A DNA stretch of 30,113 nucleotides. Origin: a virus (Duplodnaviria; Caudoviricetes). The DNA lies in the IMG/VR virus record IMGVR_UViG_3300048850_000048, positions 1 through 30,113 of that record; one strand, written 5' to 3'. Made by a program: the position numbers and the translations under genes. Positions 1-6,861 of the stretch are shown piece after piece; position 1 is the first letter of the stretch, and every line of letters begins with the position of its first letter. The notes below the pieces were generated by a model that did not search any database, had not been told where the DNA came from, and saw only the letters and a program-made list of their open reading frames with translations.

Positions 1-1
1 G

Positions 2-43
2 CAGGGACGCGCCCGATCGCGGCGCGTCCCTGTCTCTGTTTTT
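2..43 (+). terminator. Strong hairpin, possible intrinsic terminator upstream of the cII-like gene (tR1-like position)
   Basis: Perfect 12-bp stem CAGGGACGCGCC (2-13) / GGCGCGTCCCTG (21-32), followed by TCTCTGTTTTT. Confidence 0.5.
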
Positions 44-171
44 GCATCTGCGTACCCATGCGGCCCTCCGTGATTTGATGGGCTGACCTTATGCGCGGGG
101 CTCTCGCGCTTCACTGAATCCTTTCGCGGTTTTCTTTCCTTGATCTCCACGGCTTTTCCGGGGGTGTTTTC

Positions 172-630
172 GTGCGCTTTGATGAATCTCTCATTTCCCT
201 GAAGGGTGCGACCGAAGCGAGCTTCAAGCTCGGCGGCGGGCTTACTTCTTTCGCGCTGCTGACAAGGGTCGGCGTCTCGACCCTGTCGAAATACGCCTCT
301 GTCAACGAGGAATTTCGCGACAATGTCATCCCCGTCGATATCGCCGTCGAGGCGGACAGACGGGCCGGATCTCCGATCATCATCGCGGAGGCGGCGCAAC
401 AGCTCGGCTATGGGCTCTCGCCGCTAGCTGGCCAAGTCGAAGGCAAGCCGGTGACCGAGGCTGCGGCGCTCAGGGTGCTGCACGAGGCCAACGACGTTTC
501 CCGCGCCATCGTCGCGGCGATGGCCGACGGCAGAATCGATGCGCTCGACCGGAAGAAGATCGCTCAGGAGACGCGCGAAGCCATCCGCGCAATGCAGGAA
601 GTGCTCGCCGGCCTGGAGGGCGCGGAATGA
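172..630 (+). CDS. Phage CII-like regulatory protein
   Basis: 152 aa, GTG start. N-terminal HTH-like segment (LTRVGVSTLSKY) and C-terminal 'ADGRIDALDRKKI..E..EAI' typical of phage CII-family regulators. Sits at the head of the early rightward operon. Confidence 0.6.
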   Translation: MRFDESLISLKGATEASFKLGGGLTSFALLTRVGVSTLSKYASVNEEFRDNVIPVDIAVEADRRAGSPIIIAEAAQQLGYGLSPLAGQVEGKPVTEAAALRVLHEANDVSRAIVAAMADGRIDALDRKKIAQETREAIRAMQEVLAGLEGAE

Positions 631-779
631 CCTCGCTTGCGCGGCAGGCTCTCGTCGAGCGGGTGTTGATGTTCTGGCGCGAGGGGCAGTGCGACACGCA
701 TTCTATCGCAGCCGAGCTGCAGATCTCTGAGCGCGAGGTCTGCGACATTATCGAACAATCGGAAGGTCGGCGGCCATGA
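627..779 (+). CDS. Small HTH-like protein (50 aa, not in the ORF track)
   Basis: MTSLARQALVERVLMFWREGQCDTHSIAAELQISEREVCDIIEQSEGRRP. ATGA overlaps with both neighbours, GGAGG lies upstream, and 'THSIAAELQISEREV' is HTH-like. Confidence 0.7.
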   Translation: MTSLARQALVERVLMFWREGQCDTHSIAAELQISEREVCDIIEQSEGRRP

Positions 780-2299
780 GCGGGCAACTTCCGAAACTTG
801 GATTGAAGGCGCAGCTGATCGTCGATGCGGTGTTGCAAGCGGGCGTCTATCGCGCGGAGAAGCCATCCGATGTCATCGCATGTCGCAGCCTGAACGGCCG
901 CGGGCTGGTTGCTCGCGACAAGAAAGATGGGGCGGTCTGGTATCCGACGGCAAAGCTTTGCGAGCTGGCCGGGGTGACGCCGCCAAAAATCGGGCAGGGG
1001 GGCGAGGGCGGACCCGGCGCGCCGGATTCTCGGGTTCAACCCGAGGAGGGCGCCGATCGCCTCCCTGCGCCGGCCGACGAGATCGAGGCCTCGCCGACGG
1101 CTGACCTGCCGCCGTTGACGCGTCTGCCGCACCATCCCCTGGCGGCGCTCTTCCCCATGTTGCCCGACGACGAGTTGCGCCGCCTCGCCGACGATATCGA
1201 GGCGAACGGGCAGCAGGAGCCGGTTTGGCTGCTCGACGGCAAAATCCTCGACGGGCGGAACCGAGAGGCGGCGTGCCATCTGGTCGGTATCGACGCCTGG
1301 ACGAAGGAATACGAGGGCAAGGACCCGCTCGGCTTCGTGCTCTCGCTCAACCTGCATCGCCGGCACCTGACGGAAAGCCAGCGTGCCATGGTGGCGGCGC
1401 GGATCGTCGACTGGGAACGCGGCATCAATCAGAACACCGCCGGGGATGCAAATTTGCACGCCCGCGAGGCGGGGCGCCGGCTCTCGATTTCCGAGCGCGC
1501 GGTGAAGGCGGCAAAGCGGGTGCGCGATCACGGAGTCGAGGCACTGTCCGATGCAATTCGTGATGGCCGGATCTCGGTTCATGCTGGCGAGGCGCTTAGC
1601 CATCTGGAGCGCGAGGCGCAGGAAGAGGCGCTGCGGCTCGAGGAAAAGCAGATCGTCCAGCGCGCCAAGGAAATTCGCCAAAAGCGGCAGGAGATCCGCC
1701 ATGCCGTGCGGCTGACGCATATGGCGCACGTTGCGGAGGCGGGCTCGTCGACAGCGGGCAAGGTCGGCCAGAAGTTTCCGGTCATCTATGCCGATCCGCC
1801 GTGGCAGTTCGGCGTGCGCTCGGAAGTGACAGGGCGCGAGAAGAGCGCCGAGAACCATTATCCGACCATGCCGACGGATGCGATCTGCACGCTCTTCGAC
1901 GAGATCGGCGCGCCGCCCAAAGCCGACTCCGTTCTTTTCCTTTGGGCGACAAACCCGATGCTGCCCGACGCTTTCCGCGTCATGGCCGCGTGGGGCTTCA
2001 CCTATGTGCACCACTGGATCTGGGACAAGGAAGTGGCGGGCACCGGCTATTGGGGCCGCGACCGGCACGAGCTGCTCCTGATCGGCAGGCGCGGCGACCC
2101 GGTCTCGCCGCTTCCCGGCTCGCAGCCGGAGACGGTCTATCGCGAGCGGAAGGGCAGGCATAGCGCCAAGCCCGACTACTTCTCCGAGCAGATCGAGCGG
2201 CTCTATCCCGCAATGCCCCGGCTCGAAATGTTCTGCCGCAGCCCGCGCCCGGGCTGGACGGCATGGGGGTTTGAAGCGGGCGTGGAGGCGGCAGAATGA
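776..2299 (+). CDS. ParB-like domain fused to an MT-A70-family N6-adenine methyltransferase
   Basis: ParB/Srx-like segment HPLAALFP..LADDIEANGQQEPV..ILDGRNR..A, then an HTH (AGRRLSISERAV). MT-A70 motifs follow: VIYADPPW, LFLWAT, WGF.Y..WIWDK, HELLLIG, HSAKP, LEMFCR..PGW.AWG.E. Confidence 0.85.
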   Translation: MSGQLPKLGLKAQLIVDAVLQAGVYRAEKPSDVIACRSLNGRGLVARDKKDGAVWYPTAKLCELAGVTPPKIGQGGEGGPGAPDSRVQPEEGADRLPAPADEIEASPTADLPPLTRLPHHPLAALFPMLPDDELRRLADDIEANGQQEPVWLLDGKILDGRNREAACHLVGIDAWTKEYEGKDPLGFVLSLNLHRRHLTESQRAMVAARIVDWERGINQNTAGDANLHAREAGRRLSISERAVKAAKRVRDHGVEALSDAIRDGRISVHAGEALSHLEREAQEEALRLEEKQIVQRAKEIRQKRQEIRHAVRLTHMAHVAEAGSSTAGKVGQKFPVIYADPPWQFGVRSEVTGREKSAENHYPTMPTDAICTLFDEIGAPPKADSVLFLWATNPMLPDAFRVMAAWGFTYVHHWIWDKEVAGTGYWGRDRHELLLIGRRGDPVSPLPGSQPETVYRERKGRHSAKPDYFSEQIERLYPAMPRLEMFCRSPRPGWTAWGFEAGVEAAE

Positions 2300-2598
2300 C
2301 TTCGATCCTCCCAATCATCGAAGAGCTTGCCGACGCCCCGGACCATGCCGCGCGGGCGCTATGGCTGCTCGAAGTGCCGCTCGCGGTGATCATTCGCGAC
2401 CAGGTGATGATCCACCGGCTGCTGTCTGCGGCCGGTTTTCACGAGGGCCTAGCCTACTTCGCAGCCGAGATCGCGGCGCTTTCGGCCACGCGCGGCCGGG
2501 ACGGGCTCGCGCCGAACACAATCCGCATGACGCGGGAATACGCCCGCATCGGAATTCAGGTCATTGCGCGCGGGGGCGCGGTAGAGAGGGGTAGCTGA
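2296..2598 (+). CDS. Hypothetical phage protein
   Basis: 100 aa, ATGA overlap with the upstream gene, GGAGG SD. Confidence 0.6.
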   Translation: MTSILPIIEELADAPDHAARALWLLEVPLAVIIRDQVMIHRLLSAAGFHEGLAYFAAEIAALSATRGRDGLAPNTIRMTREYARIGIQVIARGGAVERGS

Positions 2599-2870
2599 TG
2601 GGCGTTCCAGTCCAATTCTCAGGCGCGAACATGTTGCTGCGGGCGCCGGAAGGCGCCGAGAACGTTTCGGACATGCACACTTTCACCAATGGCATGTGCT
2701 CGGTCTCCTGCTGGGAGCTTTCAGCGGAGGAGTTGGCGGAGGTCAACCGCACGGGGCGCATCTACCTGTCCGTCTTCTCGGGCCGCACGCAGCCGCCGGT
2801 CTTCGTCGGCGACGAAGAGACCGTCCGCTCCATTGTCGTCGACTTTGGTGGCGTATGGAGGCGCCGATGA
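2598..2870 (+). CDS. Hypothetical phage protein
   Basis: 90 aa, TGATG coupling, GAGG SD. Contains 'SCWELSAEELAEVNRTGRIYLSV...QPP'. Confidence 0.65.
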   Translation: MGVPVQFSGANMLLRAPEGAENVSDMHTFTNGMCSVSCWELSAEELAEVNRTGRIYLSVFSGRTQPPVFVGDEETVRSIVVDFGGVWRRR

Positions 2871-3523
2871 GGCCGTTGCGCGTTCTCGTTGGCTGCGAGA
2901 CATCTGGCCGTGTTCGCAGAGCGTTCCTCGATCGTGGGCATGATGCATGGTCCTGCGACTTGCTGCCGGCCGACGATCGCAGCAATCGGCATATCGTTGG
3001 CGATATCCGCGATCTGCTCGGTGACGGATGGGATTTGCTGGCTGTCATGCATCCGCCGTGCACGCGCCTCTGCAATTCCGGCGTTCGCTGGCTCAAGGTG
3101 CCGCCCCCGAGGCGCACGCGCGAGGAAATGTGGGCGGAGCTCGATGCCGGAGCGGCGCTCTTCTCCGATTGCTGGAATGCGCCGATCCCGCGCGTTGCCG
3201 TCGAAAACCCGGTGATGCACCGCTATGCAAAAGAGCGGATCCGCAATTATCAGCCGCCAGCGCAGACCGTGCAGCCGTGGTGGTTTGGCGATCGCGCCTT
3301 CAAGGCGACGTCGTTCTATCTGCGGGAGTTGCCAAAGCTCGTCGCAACGAACCGTCTGACGCCGCCGAAGCCTGGGACGGAAGAGCGCAAGCAATGGTCT
3401 GCGGTGCATCGCGCCTCACCGGGCAAGGATCGTTGGAAAATCCGTTCGATGACATACCCGGGTATCGCCGAGGCGATGGCGGATCAGTGGGGCGGCTATG
3501 CAATGCAGGAGGTGGCGGCGTGA
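2867..3523 (+). CDS. Short phage DNA cytosine methyltransferase-like protein
   Basis: 218 aa from ATG 2867 (ATGA overlap, GGAGG SD). Motif I-like RVLVGCETSG, catalytic motif IV-like HPPCT, motif VI-like VENPV, and QPWWFG..K.T. Confidence 0.65.
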   Translation: MRPLRVLVGCETSGRVRRAFLDRGHDAWSCDLLPADDRSNRHIVGDIRDLLGDGWDLLAVMHPPCTRLCNSGVRWLKVPPPRRTREEMWAELDAGAALFSDCWNAPIPRVAVENPVMHRYAKERIRNYQPPAQTVQPWWFGDRAFKATSFYLRELPKLVATNRLTPPKPGTEERKQWSAVHRASPGKDRWKIRSMTYPGIAEAMADQWGGYAMQEVAA

Positions 3524-4773
3524 GCCAGGAAGCTACGATCCGCCGTGGGGTGCGCAATGCGCGCTATGCGGCGATACCTAACCATGTTTTCGAAGACGAT
3601 CGGCTTTCGATGGAGGCGCGGTGGCTGTTGAGCTACCTGCTTTCCAAGCCGGACAACTGGACCGTTGTGATCGGCGACATCATCAAAAGAGGCAATTGCG
3701 GGCGTGACAAGGCCCGCAAAATGATCGCCGAGCTGGTCGAGGTTGGCTATGCGGAGCGAGAACAGCAGCGCGAGGACGGCAAATTCGGATCATCCGTCCT
3801 CGTAATCTTCGATGAGCCGCGCGCCTTTCCAGCCGCTGAAAACACCCGAGAAACGGGAGGTGTTGCAATTCTACCGCAGACGGATTTACCGGCGACGGCA
3901 TTACCGGCGCCGGATTCACCGTCGCCGGTAAAACCGGCACATAGTAATAACTCAGATCTAGCAAATACTGATGATCAGAATCTGAGAGAGGGCGGGCGCG
4001 AGGCTTCGGAAGATGGGCAGGAGCCGGAAGATCCGAGGAAGATCGACGCTGCCTTCTGGGCGCTGGTGAAGGACTGGCCCGGTTTCGCGGGCATGCCGAA
4101 AGAGCCAGCGCGGCGTGCCTGGTTCGCTCTGACGGCAGAAGAACGACGGGAAGCGGCCGAGCGGTTCCCTCGTTGGCTGCAGCTCCTGAAGGCTCAGAAG
4201 AAATCTCACACGCCGGCGCCATCGACCTATTTCGGGGAAAAGCTCTGGCTGGACGTGCCGGCGCAGGATGAGGCTGCGAAGCCGTCTAATGCAATGGCGG
4301 CGCCGTTCGGCAAGCTCTGGTCGGCGACGAGGATCTCGGAACTGCTGCTGCCGCCAACCGGCATCATCGCTCCACCAACGCAGTTCCAGCTATCCCTCAT
4401 CAGACAGGGAAAGACGACGCTCGCCGAGGTTCGGGCGGAACAGCGCATGCGTTGCGGCTGGCCAGCGGTCAACACGATGCACGAACGGGCGCGGGAACGT
4501 CAGGGGTGGCTCTGCCCTCTGGCGCTTGAGGGAGTGGCACAGTTCTTCCAGCAGGTGCACCGCGACGGCGATCAGCTTGCGGCATGGCGGAGAGAACATA
4601 AGCGCCGCGGCTGGCCGTTCCCAGAAGGCAAGCTGCCTGATTGGTCCTACTTCCCGCCGGTCGAAGGTGAGGGCGATTTCGACCTCCTCGTCGCCGAAGC
4701 CGTCGAGCGCTTCCGAGACCAGATATCCGACTATCTCTCAAACAGGAGCAAGGGCGATGATCATGCAGCGTAG
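3520..4773 (+). CDS. Phage replication initiator (N-terminal winged HTH, lambda O-like position)
   Basis: 417 aa from GTG 3520 (GTGA overlap, GGAGG SD). 'YAAIPNHVFEDDRLSMEARWLLSYLLSKPDNW...ELVEVGY' matches phage Rep N-termini. Internal iterons, then an FW..WP...K..A..AW / YF.EK.W domain. Confidence 0.75.
   Translation: MSQEATIRRGVRNARYAAIPNHVFEDDRLSMEARWLLSYLLSKPDNWTVVIGDIIKRGNCGRDKARKMIAELVEVGYAEREQQREDGKFGSSVLVIFDEPRAFPAAENTRETGGVAILPQTDLPATALPAPDSPSPVKPAHSNNSDLANTDDQNLREGGREASEDGQEPEDPRKIDAAFWALVKDWPGFAGMPKEPARRAWFALTAEERREAAERFPRWLQLLKAQKKSHTPAPSTYFGEKLWLDVPAQDEAAKPSNAMAAPFGKLWSATRISELLLPPTGIIAPPTQFQLSLIRQGKTTLAEVRAEQRMRCGWPAVNTMHERARERQGWLCPLALEGVAQFFQQVHRDGDQLAAWRREHKRRGWPFPEGKLPDWSYFPPVEGEGDFDLLVAEAVERFRDQISDYLSNRSKGDDHAA
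3871..3990. repeat. Putative replication origin: 15-bp tandem iterons plus AT-rich tract
   Basis: CTACCGCAGACGGAT / TTACCGGCGACGGCA / TTACCGGCGCCGGAT / TCACCGTCGCCGGTA / AAACCGGCA at exact 15-bp spacing (3871-3939), followed by AT-rich ATAGTAATAACTCAGATCTAGCAAATACT. Confidence 0.7.
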
Positions 4774-5416
4774 CACGTTTACCGGAAGCCCTATCGCGCT
4801 GCACGGCCATGATCGCTTCGACGATCGGATGCGGCGAATCACTGACGGACTGCTCGACGAGGGCGCACTCGTCACGACGAATTGCCGAATCAACGGCGGA
4901 AAAGCACCGTGGTTTGCTCTTCGGGTCTGGACCGGCCGTGAGAGAGATGTGGAAAAAGCGCTAGATGCGATGGGCATTAAGTCGCTTGTGCCGATGCGAA
5001 AAGGGCCGGATCATCGCCGTCGTGGTCGTGTGATAGAGGGTGCGATGATGCCCGTGATCCACGGTTATGTGCTTGTCCAGATGATTGCCCGTGCGGAATA
5101 TCTGGGGGGCTTGCAGGGCGTCGAACATGTGATTGGCGTGCTCGGAGGGTGCGATCGCCCGATGCGCCTGAGCGACAAGGAAATAAGCAGATTCAATGCT
5201 CTGGCTAGGAATGGTGATTACGATTGGGAACGTCCCGTCACCTTGGCGGTGAAGGCTGGAGAGCCGGTCTCGATCACGGCAGGACCGTTCTGCGATCGGA
5301 AGGCAACTGTCGTCACGCCAAGCCGGAATGGCCGTGGTGATGTGGTGGTATCGATCGACTTCATGGGTGGTCAGGTTCCGGTGACGGTGCCTCTTGCTCT
5401 TCTCAGAAAGTTGTGA
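4757..5416 (+). CDS. NusG-family transcription antitermination protein (phage paralogue)
   Basis: NGN domain WFALRVWTGRE..V...L...G..S.VP...P.IHGYVLV...V.GVLG and KOW motif GEPVSITAGPF...ATV. Start at ATG 4757 or 4763. Confidence 0.85.
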   Translation: MIMQRSTFTGSPIALHGHDRFDDRMRRITDGLLDEGALVTTNCRINGGKAPWFALRVWTGRERDVEKALDAMGIKSLVPMRKGPDHRRRGRVIEGAMMPVIHGYVLVQMIARAEYLGGLQGVEHVIGVLGGCDRPMRLSDKEISRFNALARNGDYDWERPVTLAVKAGEPVSITAGPFCDRKATVVTPSRNGRGDVVVSIDFMGGQVPVTVPLALLRKL

Positions 5417-5418
5417 GA

Positions 5419-5583
5419 GTCATTCTGCCACTGGATGAGCTGATGATCCTGCAGTGAGCCTCTGAGAACGCCTAACCAGCGGGGAGCAATCCCGAGGTCG
5501 GTACACCGGTCAGCCCCAGCCCTGAGAGCTTCGAAAGCAGAGGCACCGATTCAGGGCAAGTGCGAAAGCTATGACCAGATGAC
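5419..5583 (+). ncRNA. Candidate structured leader RNA with crossing helices
   Basis: Multiple complementary segments (listed in findings) and GCAA/GAAA-type loops. No ORF. Lies between the NusG paralogue and a terminator. Confidence 0.55.
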
Positions 5584-5584
5584 A

Positions 5585-5607
5585 GGCGGCCGAGAGGTCG
5601 CCTTTTT
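5585..5607 (+). terminator. Intrinsic terminator gating the late operon
   Basis: GGCGGCC-GAGA-GGTCGCC followed by TTTTT, 12 nt before the HNH start. Confidence 0.8.
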
Positions 5608-5619
5608 CGTTTAAAGGAT

Positions 5620-5982
5620 ATGGGCAGGCTCTCGACCATCAAGCCAAGGATTGCGACGCTAGCACCGAAGATTGGTCGTGCGCCTGGTGATGAGAAGGCT
5701 CGCCTTCGTGAGCGTGATCAGCAGGTGGGCTGGCGCAGCTGGTACAAGACGGCACGTTGGCAAAAGCTGCGCATGTCCGTGCTCATCCGCGATCGCTTCA
5801 CTTGCCAGATGATCGGATGCGGTCGCATCCAGCCGAACACCTCGTTGCTGGTCGCCGATCACAAGCTCCAGCATCACGGCGACGAGGCGCTGTTCTGGGA
5901 TGAGAACAATCTCCAGTGCCTCTGCAAGGCCTGCCACGACAAGCTGAAGCAGAAGCAGGAGCGGGCGCAGGCGCGCTGGTGA
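5620..5982 (+). CDS. HNH endonuclease (terminase-associated, HK97 gp74-like)
   Basis: RDRFTCQMIGC...VADHK..H.GDEALFWDENNLQCLCKACHD. AAGGA SD. Upstream of terS. Confidence 0.9.
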   Translation: MGRLSTIKPRIATLAPKIGRAPGDEKARLRERDQQVGWRSWYKTARWQKLRMSVLIRDRFTCQMIGCGRIQPNTSLLVADHKLQHHGDEALFWDENNLQCLCKACHDKLKQKQERAQARW

Positions 5983-6027
5983 GATCCGTGGTCCGGCGGT
6001 ACCGGACAATCAAGAAGGAGAAGACGC

Positions 6028-6285
6028 ATGAGCGTACGGAATGTCAGAGCGAAGTTCTTCGTCTCCGAGGTGAGGCATGTTGGCACCCCGGCCACCGATC
6101 CATTCGCGGTCGTTACCCTCTTGCCGGTGTTCAGCACATATGGCGATGGCAAGGCCAACGAGAGTTGGTCCAAGCACACGCCCTCGGGCAAGATCGAGAT
6201 GAACATCACCAATCCGGATGCGATTGACGCATTCGATGTCAGCAAAGCCTACTTCGTCGACTTCACCCCCGTCGAAGGGGCCTGA
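6028..6285 (+). CDS. Hypothetical phage protein
   Basis: 85 aa, strong AAGGAG SD. Contains 'VRAKF...N.SWSKHTPSGKIEMNITNP...YFVDFTP'. Confidence 0.7.
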   Translation: MSVRNVRAKFFVSEVRHVGTPATDPFAVVTLLPVFSTYGDGKANESWSKHTPSGKIEMNITNPDAIDAFDVSKAYFVDFTPVEGA

Positions 6286-6295
6286 GGCCCGCAAG

Positions 6296-6369
6296 GGAGG
6301 GGGGTGGGGCAAAAGTCTGCAAGCCCCTGCCTCCTAGACCCGCGCCCCCCTCACTCAGGGATTTTTTTT
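6296..6369. other. Candidate cos/packaging site region
   Basis: G-rich run (GGAGGGGGGTGGGGC), then AAAAGTC, CCCGCGCCCCCC and a T8 run, immediately upstream of terS. This is the usual location and composition of cos in HNH-associated terminase phages. The exact cut site cannot be determined. Confidence 0.45.
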
Positions 6370-6861
6370 GTGAAGACTGAGAATTTCGACCTATTCGGGA
6401 ATCCGTGGGTTGATCGGCCGACCAAGAGAGGACGGCCTCCCCATGAGGTATCAGCCAGAAACCGCAACAGAGTCAGTATGTTGGTTGCGCTGGGTTGGGC
6501 GAACCCACGCATTGCATCCGCCCTCGGCATCACTTTGCCCACGTTGCACAAATATTATTTTTACGAGCTTCGCCAGCGGGAGGTTGCCCGCGATCGGCTG
6601 GAGGTTCGTCGGATGGAGTTGGCCTGGGAGCTTGCCGAGAAAGGAAATATTGGCGCCTTCAAGGAATTTGGCAAGCTGCTTGACCGCAACGATCGCATGG
6701 AGATCGAGCGGGAACTTGGCTCCGATACCAAACCGGACGAGAAAGCCACGGCGACGGAACGCGTCGGGAAAAAAGCCCTGGATGCGCGGCGCGCGCTCGA
6801 TGCCGACGCTGATCTGATGGCCGAGCTGGAGCAGGAAGCTTCACAGAATGCTCGACACTGA
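6370..6861 (+). CDS. terS: Terminase small subunit
   Basis: GRPPH motif and HTH (WANPRIASALGITLPTLHKYY). Overlaps terL. Start uncertain (GTG 6370 or GTG 6304). Confidence 0.7.
   Translation: MKTENFDLFGNPWVDRPTKRGRPPHEVSARNRNRVSMLVALGWANPRIASALGITLPTLHKYYFYELRQREVARDRLEVRRMELAWELAEKGNIGAFKEFGKLLDRNDRMEIERELGSDTKPDEKATATERVGKKALDARRALDADADLMAELEQEASQNARH

Noticed and set aside
470-2314. 614-aa reverse-strand ORF, and many other long antisense ORFs over the late genes
   Set aside because: Shadow ORFs of GC-rich coding sequence. They are Arg/Pro-rich, carry no motifs and overlap well-supported + strand genes.
3028-3519. N-terminal extensions given by the ORF track (also starts 2696, 4268, 10270, 13424, 15860)
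   Set aside because: They overlap upstream genes. Downstream starts with SD sequences and stop/start overlaps are more plausible.
3871-3939. Tandem repeats as a CRISPR array
   Set aside because: The units are 15 bp, contiguous, lack spacers and lie inside a CDS, and there are no cas genes. Iterons explain them better.
5394-5426. Possible late promoter (TTGCTC ... GAGAGT or CATTCT)
   Set aside because: Spacers of 15 or 21 nt fit poorly, so it cannot be supported without TSS data. If real, it would exclude the proposed closing stem from the RNA.
5440-5570. CTGATGA plus downstream GAAA suggesting a hammerhead ribozyme
   Set aside because: I could not build stems I-III with the correct core geometry, and the GAAA instances sit in hairpin loops. 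Kept only as an unclassified structured RNA.
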